A stretch of 63,272 nucleotides of DNA, the filler included, from Folioceros fuciformis (Eukaryota): assembly GCA_049999805.1 (NCBI GenBank). It is 12 parts of 12 records of this genome, joined end to end, with 100 filler letters (N's around TTAATTAATTAA, not from the genome) between each part and the next. Parts side by side here need not be neighbours in the genome. Positions count along the whole stretch, not along the records: positions 11,419 to 25,384 come from JBNGIO010005264.1; 11 more parts are not named here. One strand, given 5' to 3'. Positions 12,975 to 25,208 of the stretch are shown one piece after another. A program made the position numbers and the translations under genes. Under the pieces are notes generated by a model, which ran no database searches, was not told the DNA's origin, and saw only the letters and a list, made by a program, of their open reading frames with translations. Each line of letters opens with the position of its first letter. Position 1 is the first letter of the stretch.

Positions 12975-15964
12975 AGTTAGAAATGCCATGCGAAAGCGTC
13001 TTGCATCAAGCAGATGCTTTACTAAGAAGGATAAACAATCAACTAAGGTTTAGGTTCATAGGTGGGCTTTTAAAGGGTTACGAAGGGTTATGTCCTTTCA
13101 CTAGCTTGCTAGTTAACTAACTACATTTAAAGCTAAGGCTTAGTTAGACTAACCAACGTGGTACAGAACCAACGTGGTCTTCTTTTTCTTCTAACTCTCC
13201 CTCTCATACACTTTGCGGGTTGCTGTTATCTAAGAGCTCCATTAAACAAAAGGAGATCACTCTTGTTGTAGTCAAGCTTCCAACCTTGCTCAATTCGGCT
13301 ATCACCTAGAGTCAGTCGAACTGCCTCGCGGTGAGCCTATAGTGTACAGCAACTCGTGGAGAAGAACACCACTCTTGTGACCAGAAAAGAGTAAGCTTTC
13401 TGCAACATCTTACAACTCCTAGTGACGGAACAAAAACGGATAGCCCCACCAAATGAGCGACCTAAATCGTATAGCATTATACAGTATCTACAATCTACCA
13501 TTCCAATGACCACTTTTCTGAGAAAGCCAAATAATTATATTCATCAGTGATTGCCAACAACTCCACTTAGTTACTTCAAGATTGTAACCCTTTGGAAGCG
13601 TAAGTAGAACTCCCTCTGCAGCAAAGATAATCTGCATGTCTTCAAAGGTAGTGAAGTCAGCTTGTTGAACTCCTTTTTTCTATTCCATAGGTGCCTTGGG
13701 AACGCCATGTACCGCACCCACGTAACGGGGCACCATGATCCTGATAGCAAGTTCACCGGTACTCCTCGCCATGGCTTGTTCATCTTCCCCCTCTTGAGCA
13801 TAAACTATGAACATTGGAAACGCTTGAGGTGAAGAAGCCAATTATAAAGAGTAGTGCAACTAGCATCCAGAACATGGAAGTGTGAGAAGAGTATCGCCAC
13901 GGTACGATCTCCCTCTAAATGGACCATCTATCAAGATCGATGCCACTAGATTAGTGAGGCAACAATTGTAAGAACAGATCTGCCCACGAAATGTACAAGA
14001 CATGACGCGGACGACCGCATGCAAGATCGGGTAGAGAAGACATTCTCCCTGGCCGAAATCAAGCGGAACGTGTCATCTTGCAAGACTTGTCGTACGAAGA
14101 CGATATCTTTCGCCATGATGGGAACATCTCTCAGTGGCTACAGTTGTGCACTAACGCTGCAAAAGCAATTAGCCACAGATCCTATAGATACAAACCACCA
14201 AACACAGAGTTAGAGCACGAGGTCGGGTTGATCGAGATACTGGGCAGTTGAACAAGACTTTGATCTTGTAGGCTTGAACCTGCTCGCAAAACAAGTATTG
14301 CTCCTCAACTCAATCTTGGTCTTGTAGACTTGGACCTACTCACAAGAAACGGCGTCATTTCAGAACTGGTGTCCGAAAAAGCCACGTTCACACCGTTTGG
14401 GGCGGCCCAAACCGGTTCAACGCAGAAACGGCAACTTAAGTTGCCGTTTCGCGGGCGGGGCAGCGTTTCGCCTGTGAAATGACAACTTAAGTTGTCGTTT
14501 CGGCCTCGGCACCGCTTCGCGCAAGAGCTGGGCTCTGCTTGCCCGTGGGGCGTTGCTGCGTTACGACAGTCCACCTCCAACACCTGCAGCAGGTGCGATC
14601 GGGTGTGGGCGCTGGATCAGCGAGCCACGGCGCCCTCTTGCTGAGCCCTGTGCCTAAATTTGGTGGATTTCAAGGTAGGATTAGCCGAGAATTGCGTCTC
14701 ATCGTGCAATCTTCCCCCCCTAGATCCGCCTCAATTCTCGACAAAGTTTGCTCGATTCTGGCATCATTTGGCAAAAGTTGAGTAAAAGGGAGCAGATCCT
14801 CTGAGGGAATACCTTCTCCCCCTACACGNNNNNNNNNNNNNNNNNNNNNNNNNNNNNNNNNNNNNNNNNNNNNNNNNNNNNNNNNNNNNNNNNNNNNNNN
14901 NNNNNNNNNNNNNNNNNNNNNNNNNNNNAGATCAACTGAGCTCCAATCCCCCTCCCCATCTTCCCTAATTAGGCTCCAATTAGCAATTTCTTGTGAGTTG
15001 AGGCGCCTAGATCTTAGCAGAGGAAGGGCGCCTTGTAGGCGCGACCATCCCTAGCCTGAAATTGCTGTGAACGGGGCATCGGCGCCTCCGATCATTGTGC
15101 CCATAGATCCTCCTTCTTCTTCTGTAAAACACTATATATAATTTAATTGTGTCCCTCTTGTTGTAGGGGCTTGTAGAGGCCAATGAACAGTTCTCCATTA
15201 GAATTCCACGATTAAGTGTTGGGATGAGTTACCAGACTCTAAGTTTCTTTTTGCTGGATTTTCCAATTGCACATCCCGTTTCTATAATTTAAAGTTCCTA
15301 ATTTAGGCTAGTTCATGTAACTATATAAGAGGAAGAATGTGAATAAGCAAACTTTCTTTTCTATTAGATTTGCTTTCTTGTTCTTAGTGTATCTTAAAGG
15401 TTCTATAAAAGGTTTTTTTTTTTGTTTTAAAACCCGAGACACACATCTAGAGCTCTTGCAGCCCATCGTGCTCTCCACAAACTCTTCTTTCTAAATGTAG
15501 AATATTCACAACCACCTAAGACTCATATCTTGAATTCTTAAACCCTCAATGATCTTGTGAAGTGAATTTTCTTCCATATTTTCTAATGGTTTCTAAGAAC
15601 GTAGTCTAGTACCATTAGAGCCTATCATACTCTTCAGAAACACTACAAATCTAATATGATATGCTATCTACTTTGCTCTTTATCAACAGAAGCAAAGAAG
15701 AGATAGCAAGCAAGTCCATGGCGGATCATTGCTCTGATACCAAGTTGGAAATGCCATGCGGAAGCGTTTGGCATCAAGCAGATGCTTTACTAAGAAGGAT
15801 AAACAATCAACTAAGGTTTAGACTCATAGGTGGGCTTTTAAAGGGTTACGAAGGGTTGTGTCCTTTCGCTAGCTTGCTAGTTAACTAACTACATTTAAAG
15901 CTAAGGCCTAGTTAGACTAACCAACGTGGTACAGAACCAACGTGGTCTGCTTTTTCTTCTAACT
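12975..15964 (-). mobile_element. Complete non-autonomous LTR retrotransposon (TRIM/LARD-like) with AG...CT termini
   Basis: 222-bp LTRs at 12975-13196 and 15743-15964 (about 10 differences by eye). TSD CTTGG at 12970-12974 and 15965-15969. tRNA-iMet primer-binding site (PBS) TGGTATCAGAGC at 15731-15742 (-). PPT TGAGAGGGAG at 13197-13206 (-). No gag/pol seen inside; one 100-N gap at 14829-14928. Confidence 0.92.
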
Positions 15965-16169
15965 CTTGGTGCAACCAACGGAGTGCAGCATCGCACAAGA
16001 GAGAGCAGTGTTGTGGTAGGGGCAGAATGGCGCAAAGGGAGGCGAGACAGAGGAGGGCATAACACAAAGGGAGTGAAACACCAAGTGTACCTCAGCATGA
16101 GAGCTTATGTTGCTGCCCGTGTAACCATCTAAGATGGTTACACTCACTTGTCCTCATGATGACAAGCAC

Positions 16170-16641
16170 AATAGACATTGATCCAATTGTGAGTTATATA
16201 AGTCCGTCCGCAGTTCCCAACCAAGTTGAAACACAACCTCCGAGAAGCAAAGCAATAGCTGCACTTACTACTCGGCAAGGGTGATAGGAAAAGGTAGAAT
16301 CGAGAAAGGGGTGCTTCCTTTGCTGTGCATGATTGAACTAGAAGAATGTTCCGAGATGGCAAAGATGGATTTGGATAAGTTTAGGGCGAAGAAGTACACC
16401 ATGGGCGTCCTCGGAGTCAACCACACATTCATGGCTATGAAGCATCTAGCCAACATGTCTCCGGGCAAGCAGTGCTTTTAATATGTATAGGCATATGTAT
16501 ACTACAAGTTAATATTGCAGGAGATGACGGTCTTGGCCACATATCACAATATGATGTTGGATAAGCAGAGGAAAATGTCCTTCATTTAGCATGTGAAGTA
16601 TCTTAGAGATGAACTAATAATAGACTAGGCCAAGAGTTATG
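16170..16641 (+). pseudogene. Degenerate ParB/Srx-like domain fragment, truncated by a Copia LTR
   Basis: The 16281 frame, read through TAA/TAG stops, gives ...YTMGVLGVNHTFMAMKHL...PGKQCF*YV*AYVYYKL..QEMTVLATYHN...QRKMSFI*HVKYLR. This resembles the G(G)NH(T)xxA...VYxxL...LAxxHN pattern of ParB-like domains. Confidence 0.5.
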
Positions 16642-18570
16642 TGTTAGAAACGATAGGAAATCAAGGATCAACTCTAATCTAGTACCTTGAGTACATTTAG
16701 GACCATATATTAGAATATGTAGCCCATGCTTACATATGTAGACTTCATGCATGGCAATACCTTCGTAAGGATAGACATCAACTCAATTTGCATCCTTGTA
16801 CTAACTAGATATGCAACTAGATATACTAATGCATACATAACCTTACTAGGGAGCTTGCTTTCTAACACTTCCCCTCAAGCTCAAACTATTTTAAATACTC
16901 CAAGTAGTTCACAAAAATGGAGGAACTTATCTCTACCAAGTGATTTAGTAAAGATGTATGCTACCTGATCTTTAGTATTCACGTGTTGTAGATCAATCTT
17001 CTCTGCAAGTACCATTTGTCTGATGAAATGATAATGTACTTCAATGTGTTTCAAACGAGCATGAAACATTGGATTTGTAGCCAACATGACACTACTCATG
17101 TTATCGTAGTATACCTTTTGTTTCCTTTTTAAAACAATTCCCAGATCATTGAGCAGCTTTTGTAACCAAGCTGCCTCACACGCTGCCAATGCAACTCCTT
17201 GATATTTTGATTTCATGCTTGATAAAGCAATGGTTGGCTGCTTCTTGCTTTATCAACTTATCGGACCAGTACCCAGGCTAAATACATAACCACTAGTTGA
17301 TCTTTTGTGATAGGTACAACCAGCTCAATCAGCATGTATATAGCCTGTTAACTCGAGATGTTTTCCATGTTCATAAAATAATCTATAATTTGTGATGGTT
17401 TTCACATATTGCAAGATTCTTCTCATCACATCCAAATGTGATTTGCGCGGTTTCTGCATAAATTGACTAACAAGTCCTACCACATGACTTAGATTAGGAT
17501 GTGTAATTGTTAAGTAGATCAAATTTCCGACCATTTGGCAATACATGGTAACATCCTCTAATTTTTTTCCAACATCTATTTGCAATTTTACGTTTTGCTC
17601 TAATGGTGTATCCACAGCTTTGCAATCTACCATGCCATACTTCTGTAACATATCACAAGCATCTTGTTTCTACAACAACTAGATTCCTTGAGGTGTAGAT
17701 ATAACACAATTCCTAGAAAGTATTTGAGTTCACAAAGATCCTCACTTTGAACTCTTTTTGCAAACATGCTTTGACATTAGCAATCCCATCTTCATCATTA
17801 CCAATAATGATCAAGTCGTCAACATAAATTACTAGAAATACCTTTCCTTTTGTAGTCTGTTTGACAAACATACTAGGATTTGCCTTACCAATCACAAAAC
17901 TAAGCTTCTTCACATAACTAGTGATGCGAGCATTCCATGCTCTAGACGACTGTTTCAATTCATATAGTGCCTTTTTCAATTTGCATACATATTTAGAAAA
18001 TTTCGGATGCACATATCCTATAAGTTGTTCCACGTACATTTCTTGCAACTCACCATTCAAAAACGCATTTGTGACATCCATTTGACATAGCTTTCATCCA
18101 TTAACTGCTACTAATGCTATGACTATTTGGATAGTAGTCATTTTAGCTATAGGATTAAAGGTTTCCTCATAGTCAAGGCCATGTTGTTGCGCATATCCCT
18201 TTGCAACCAACTTGGCCTTGAAACGCTCCAACGATCCATTTGATTTGAACTTCAACTTATATACCCATTTTGCACCAATTGAAAATTTGCTAACTAGCAC
18301 TTGCACTAAGTCTCATGTTCTATTCTCAATTAGTGCTAAGTATTCTTCATCCATGGCATGTCACCACTTTTCTTCTATTACTACTTTAGCAAATGTGGTT
18401 GGTTCCTTATTGGCAGCAACCCTTGTCATGTACGCGTAATGTTGTGCATTGTAACTTATAGAGTTATATATGTCAATGGGTTTTCTAACCCTCTCCAATC
18501 TTCTCAATTTTGGTTCTCTTTGAACTTGCCTCTCATGAGGTGGTACATAACCATGGAGTGATATTTCGTG
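16642..18570 (-). mobile_element. Ty1/Copia 3' part: degenerate RT and RNase H, PPT and 3' LTR
   Basis: [57 protein letters not shown] at 16868-16879; LTR TGTTAG...CTAACA at 16642-16867. Confidence 0.92.
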
Positions 18571-19799
18571 TCTAGGGACATAAGGAGATCCACATTCACC
18601 CTCTATGTTGTTGTAGTCCTAGGATTCCATCCCAAGGGAATGGTTTGTGTAAAGTTGCCCTACTTCTATGACTTCTAGACTTCTTACAATTAGTTCCTAC
18701 CCAGACGTACTCTACCACCGTGTCAGAGTCTGCCACCGCGGTAGTGGATTCAGCCACCACGGTGGTGGATTCAACCATTGTAGCAGGACCCACTTGTTAG
18801 GGAGATGTAGATTTCTTCTTCAGCGGGTAGACGGAGTCGGTCCAAAATGATGTAGGTGGGTAGGCGTGGAAACGACAGGACAGTGTAGGCGGAGTGGAGA
18901 GGCGGTTTGGTGTACCTGACCAGTCCACTGTTGAAGGGGGTGACGGCTTGACGTTGGTACGGTCACCGCGGAGCGAGGAGAGGACAGAGGGGAAGTGTGG
19001 CATGGAGGAGGAGCGGGTTGGGTCCGACGAGAATGAGGTGGAGACAGGAGAACCGAACAACAACTTACCGTCGTACGAGACATGGTCCAAGAAGTGAGAC
19101 ACACCAAACACTTACCATGGTCGGCCTTGTCAGTTTGGTTGTTGTAGTCAAGGTTGTTGGGTTCGACCCACGAATGTCGTAATCCTTCTATGTTTCTTGC
19201 ATACAAGTCTCGAACTCAATAGGTGTCAGGAAGGCAATGTAAGGAATTGGATCGGGACCTGCCTTGCGGGTCGGGAGGAAAGAGGGTCTTGGCCCGTCGG
19301 GCCTCTTGAGCAGCGAAAGGGAGGTAGGCATTGTATATGGGAGGGGAGAATGACAAGAGGTGCACGTAGTGAGGAAGAATGGATCTAAGGCCCCTGTTGC
19401 AATAGCAAGTCTGGCTTTTATAATGAAACCAAGGCCGTAGCTCGGATGGCAGTCATAAATGCAAAAAGGATGCTAACTATTCTAAGAGCTGAGCAAGCTA
19501 GCCTTGCCAGAAGCTAGCTAGCCTACTGCCATCGAACCTTAATGAGCTAGCGGTGGTGTAGGCGGGGTGGGACCAAAAGAGGAGGGTGTAGGAGATGCCT
19601 CTATCAGTGAGGTGGGGCCATGCAAGGATTCCGCTCCACCAATTGCGATAAGCAAATCGGCGGAGCCAGCTTGTGGAGACCAGACCAACAATTGGAGGTT
19701 CGGTCAGGTAGGTCCGACACTCGGATGCTCTGTGCTGCTGGGTGCCGTTCGTTTGCCCATAGGAGGTGCAAGAGTCAGTGCTGTCAAAGTTGCGGAAGC

Positions 19800-20260
19800 A
19801 TGAAAGTCTAAAATAGAATAATTATCAAAGTATTACAAAATTTGTATTTTAAAGGTCTAAGACTAACCCTGGTTAACTAACCCATGTTGGGTTAATCCCA
19901 TTAATACCCCCACTTAAGCCAAGATGGGGGCGTATACTGCTAACAAACTTCGCCTAAGTACACAAAACGGGTTCCAGCAGACACACTCCCTCATTACACC
20001 AACACGCGCAGACACAACATAAGAGACGAGAAAACGCAGGGCTTCAACCAGAATCGCATGAAGGCGGTGCATTGGCACGAGACATTCACAACGCAATGCC
20101 ACCAAGAGCGAGAAGCCGTGGAGCCCTACGCCAAGGAGTTTCTGGAGATGAGGCGCCCGACACGCATCCACCAACAACTCCGTCACCACCTGCTTCAACA
20201 GATCCTGAGCTACTGACATGCCATGTTCAAGCTCTCCAAGGTCTGCGAGTGAGATGGTGC
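19800..20260 (-). mobile_element. Probable LTR/PPT/3' region remnant of another minus-strand LTR element
   Basis: PPT-like CTTAAGTGGGGG (-) at about 19908-19919, next to AT-rich LTR-like sequence on its left. Boundaries are approximate. Confidence 0.45.
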
Positions 20261-20580
20261 GTATAAATTAGGATCGAGGTGGAAGCGAGAGCAAGCAAGA
20301 AGATGTAGAATGATAATCTTTACTTTGGCCGTGTGGCCTTAAAAAAAGACTGAACGGTTGTGTCCTGTGAGTGTGAAGGTACAACGATTAGTTTTAGGTC
20401 GCCGACCCTTGTGTATGTCGCTAGGAATCTACCGGTTCCCATCTAAATATGATTTACTATTTATTAATGCTGGATATATATAATTCTACCAATACTCCCA
20501 CTTAGCCAGCATTACCCTAGTTAGGATTGCGAAACCACAGGTTAAGAAACCTCGCCGAAGTTAGGTCTCCAGTTCTCTTC

Positions 20581-21113
20581 ATGCCCGCCGCCGCTGTTCA
20601 CAGTCCATGGATGAGCTCACAGCTGTGATTCTGGTGCTGGCGCTGTTGCTGTGTGCTTGGATTCTTCGATGTCGCCGGCCTTGCGCAGACTGCAGCAATC
20701 TGGAGAAGGCACACTCAAGATGGCGGCTGGCGCATGGTTTTTTACTGCTTGCGCCCAATGCTCCATTCCGATGCCTTACAAACTGCTTCGACAGATTTCA
20801 TGTATGCTGGCTGTGACGTCACAGATGATGGTCGGCAAATTCTCCGCTATGGTTCGCTTCTTCAGACTTGCTCTGTAAGTGACTCCTCCTACTACAGCTT
20901 GTGTAGGATGCTTTCTAACCTCATACCTTTGTGTTACGCAGAGCCTTGGTGGCGCTGCACCACAGAGATGCCATCCAGAAGGTTTCATCCTTCGTGAAGT
21001 ACCACAGGGTTAGAGTCGAGATGCTAGCTAGGTGGAAGGTTCTGGTAACTAGGACTCTGGGTCCTCAGCTAAGCCCATTGCAGCTGCAAATTTTTCGTGT
21101 TTTTCTCTGGTAA
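20581..21113 (+). other. Candidate spliced antisense ORF in the Copia 3' region
   Basis: ATGs at 20581 and 20607, hydrophobic MDELTAVILVLALLLC, and intron-like GTAAGT...CTAAC...TTACGCAG at 20875-20941. Two frames stay open across the splice. Confidence 0.45.
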
Positions 21114-24100
21114 GTGCCTTGGTGAGCAGGTCTGCAATGTTGCTATGAGTGGACACGAACTGTAAGTTTGCACGTCCCTCACTGACCACTTGCCTTATAA
21201 AGTGGTGCTTGATTTCTATGTGTTTTGTTCTGGCGTGCATGACAGGGTTCTGGGCCAAAGCTATGGCTGACTGGTTATCGCTCAGAAGGAGTGTTGGGTC
21301 AGTTTGCTCTTCCCCAAGAGAGGCCAGCAGTTCCCTGCCATGGATAATGCCTTGTGCGGCTGTGGTGGCAGATATGTACTCTGCTTCAGTGGAGGACAGA
21401 GCCACCACAGGTTGCTTCTTACTATGCCATGATATTATTGTTGCCTGTGTCTCATCTTCTCCTAGCATGAGGCAATGTGCAGATATTGACCGACGGCTGT
21501 CTGAATCAGCTGCCCAGTCGGCATCACAATAACAGGTTAGTTGCAGCTTGCTTGGTCTTTGCTTATAGAGTAACCCCATCTTTGGTGTACCACCAAGATA
21601 GCGGATACATCTCTGAACTGCTTGCCAGTGTGCTGGTCCATAGTTGGAAAGGAACAGAGATGTCACACCCACAGCGTGTGAGAGCTCAGGGCGTGTCCAG
21701 TTGCGGAAGTAGATGAGTACTCCCACTGCAGGCCGATATGGTGTCTTTTCCATCTGAATGCGTTCTGATTCATTCTTTGGACATTGCTCTAATGTGAGCT
21801 TCTCACCCACTGCCATTGGTGTTGCAGCAGGTGTAGCATTCTGCATTCTGAATCGTGCAAGGGTCTTATTTGGATGCTTTGGGTCAACGTACCCTTCAGG
21901 CTGACGCATGTATATTGTTTCCTCCCGGTCGCCATTCAAGAAGGCGGTTTTGACGTCCATGTGTTGAAGAAGGTAGTCATGCTGGGCTGCTATCGCCAGC
22001 AAGGTACGGATGGATGTAGCTCTGACTACTGGAGAGAATGTCTCCGAGTAGTCTAGTCCTTCAACTTGGCTGTAACCTCGAGCTACCAGCCGAGCTTTGT
22101 ATCTTGCTATAGATCCATCAGCCGCTTTCTTCAACTTGAATACCCATTTGCATGTTACAGCTTTTCGTCCAGGTGGTAAGTCTTCAAGTATCCATGTTTT
22201 TTTATCCATTATAGACTTGTATTCTGATTCGATTGCTTCATGCCACTTAGCTTTCTCAGGTGAGTTCATTGCCTCCTGGTAGGACTGTGGCTCACCCATG
22301 TCGATTGGCATGTCTTCATGCACTAGAAAGCTTTGGTATGAAAGTGGAGGAGTGGTCCATTCATACGGGGACGCAGTGTGATGTCTGGAACTACGGTGAG
22401 GAGCTTCCTCTGATGCTGGTTCAGGTTCAGATTCAGGTTCTGCGTCTTCCTCTTGTATTGTGGCTTCCGAAGGTGATACACTATTTGTCTCTTCATTTGG
22501 ACTTTCAGTCTCCTCTTCGACTTCATCTTCTGGGAAGTCAGAGGGTTCTGCATCACTCTCACTGTCTGTCTGGGAATCTATAGGAGCCACAGGGTGTACA
22601 ACATGTGAGGAAGTGGTACTATGCGATGTGGTTGTGAACTCTCCATCTTCACTTGTATCCTCAGGTTCGTTAGGCTGGACATCTAACCTGGGCTGGTTTA
22701 CTGAAGGAGTAAGTAGCATTTTTTCATTAAATACTACACTTCGGGCATGGATAGTTGTTCTAGTTTGTGGATCTAGCAGCTTATAGCCTTTTATTCCTTC
22801 AGTATACCCCACAAAGACGTACTTTCTTGCTTTATAATCTAACTTCACTCTTTGTTTCTCTGCAAGGTGAGCATATGCTGGGGAATCGAAGATTCGCAGG
22901 TGATTAATTCGCGGCTTGTGAGTAGTCCATCTCTCAAATGGTGTAGCTCCAGTAAAAGCTTTGGTAGGCAGTCGATTTCTGATATACGCTGCTGTTGCTA
23001 CAGCCTCACCCCAATAACCCCGTGTGAGGCCCGACACTTTAAGCATAGCCTTGGCTGCTGACTGAAGGTGTTTGTTGTTCAGCTCGGCCAAGGGATTCTA
23101 AGAAGAAGTATACGGTACAGTGAGCTGCCTATGTATTCCAAGTTCTTTGCAGTAATCCTGGAATGCGCCTGAAATAAATTCTCCACCATTGTCACTGCGC
23201 AGGGTCTTCAGCTGCTCTCCAGTTTGCCTCTAGGCAAAAGACACATACTCCTTGAAGCAGCTAAGTGTTTGGCTCTTATGCCTGAGAAGGTACACTACTA
23301 CATACCTACTCCAATCGTCAATGAAGGAAAGAATGTATAGTGCACCTCCCAAGGTTGCAGTTGACATGGGACCACATAGGTCAGTATGAACAACTTCAAG
23401 TAGCTTCGTACTCTTGTTGGGTTGTCATCTGTGTATGGACTGCGTTGGTGCTTCCCAAACACGCATGCTTCACAGAACTGCTTCTCTGCAAACTGGAGCA
23501 TGAACTTCTCTCGGTAAAGTGTATTGCTGGCTATCATTGTCTTCATTTTGTCGAAGTTGGCATGGCCCAGCCAACAGTGCCATAGCATAGCTGCATCATT
23601 GTTCTTGGTCTCTTGACTGACGTGGACTTGTGCACGTGTAAGTGGGAGACCATGCTCAGAGTTAATGTTGAGTTGATATAAATCATGGAAAGGTTCTCCT
23701 ATAGCTAACACCTTGTTCTTGTTTGTAGGGTCAATGACTTGACACTTGAGACCCGTGAAGGAGACATTCAGAGTGTGCTGTGTGGTCAGCTTACGAACTG
23801 ACACAAGATTCTTGACCATAGAAGGTACGTGCAACACATCTTCCAACACCAAGGTGGTGTTGTTACTCAACATAACTGGTACTGACCCGGTGCCCTCTAT
23901 GTGCAGGCCACTGTCATCTCCAAGAAGAACAAATTGACCGGGTGGAACAGCCCTATACTCAATAAAGGACTGCTTGCAATGACAGATGTGAGCAGACGCA
24001 CCTGAGTCTATAAACCAGACGTGTTTATTCGACGCAGTTGAGACCATGCATACAGCTAAAATGGTGTTTCCCTTACGCTGTACGACATTTGATGCTGGTG

Positions 24101-25208
24101 ATGGTGCAGTTCGTCTTGGCTCGCCTACCTTCTTTTTACGACAATCAGCTTCCCAATGGCCAGGTATGAGACACCAATTGCAGGGTCCCTTCTTTTTGGC
24201 TGATTGTGCTTGTGGTGGACGCTTTTTATAACCAGTGTTAAGATTTGGAGTCCAGGACTGCCTTGGTGGAAATCTTTTAGGACCCCTGTTTGCATACAGT
24301 GCCCTGGTTGAAGATTCTCCTCGGGAGGTGCCACCTTGGTTCACAGTTCGGGTTGACTCTTCCTCGAGAAGAGCTCCAATTATATCCGCCAATGTAATAT
24401 CAGGTTGCTGGCCTGGCTGAGCATTCTGGGCTGCATGGCGCAAAGCAGAACTCTGGTTGCTTACAAACGTGCGGTAGCTGGGAGGAAGAGAGAGAAGGAG
24501 GGCAATTGCTGCCTGCATCTCCCTGGTCCTCGTCCTACTTGAGGTAAGCTTCAATCGTAACTGTCGAAACTTCACCACATGTTGATCCACTGGTTCATTC
24601 TCACGCATTTTACAAGTATAGAACGCTCTTGTAGCTCCAACCAGCGATGAGCCGTTGCTTACTTGATATGTATGTGTGAGTGAGTCCCAAGCTTCTTTTG
24701 TATTCTCCACATCTTGTGTATGAGACATCATTGATCCATCCAATGCGGACTGGATCACTCCAAGTGCTCTCAGGTCCAGTTTCTCCCAAGCTTCTACTTG
24801 TGTAGCGGTCACAGTGGGTCCAGTTGGTTTAGGTACGGTTCCCGTGACAACTCCCCACAGGCCATTCTCTTTTAGAATTGTCTGGACTCTAAGTGACCAA
24901 ATATCAAACTGGGACCCTGAGAAGCGGTCCTTTTCCTTGAAATCTATCTTCAGGTTGGTAATAACTGGAGTGACCATGTTTACTATGATCTGATTTGCAA
25001 GGGTAGCTGCTACTAACTCAGCTTGCTTCTTACGTGCATCTGCTAGTGCCTTCCTGTGACGTGCTCGCTGAATGCGATCAAGGGCTGGATCTACTCTTGA
25101 AGTGCTACTACCTTGTGAAGATGAAGTAGCAAAGAGAGAGAGTGGATCTGAGAAATCAGGTGAAGGTGAGTTGCCTCTTCTTCTACCGCGACTTTTGCCC
25201 CTTGGCAT
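21049..25208 (-). pseudogene. Copia gag-pol polyprotein (Gag, CCHC, protease, integrase, RT, RNase H) with a frameshift, stops and an RT deletion
   Basis: ORF 23298-25208 has CNWCLIPGHWEADC, WFIDSGASAH and LWHCWLGH. ORF 21049-23091 has RYKARLVARGY, MDVKTAFLNG, YCDADWA and RTKHIEIKHHF. Frameshift near 23400; the YxDD region is absent. Confidence 0.95.

Noticed and set aside
12851-13120. Paired ORFs at 12851 and 15661 with similar peptides
   Set aside because: The similarity comes from the two LTR copies; these are not genes.
18596-19811. Several overlapping short ORFs, including a possible frameshifted zinc knuckle
   Set aside because: They are low-complexity and inconsistent, and I could not support any family assignment.
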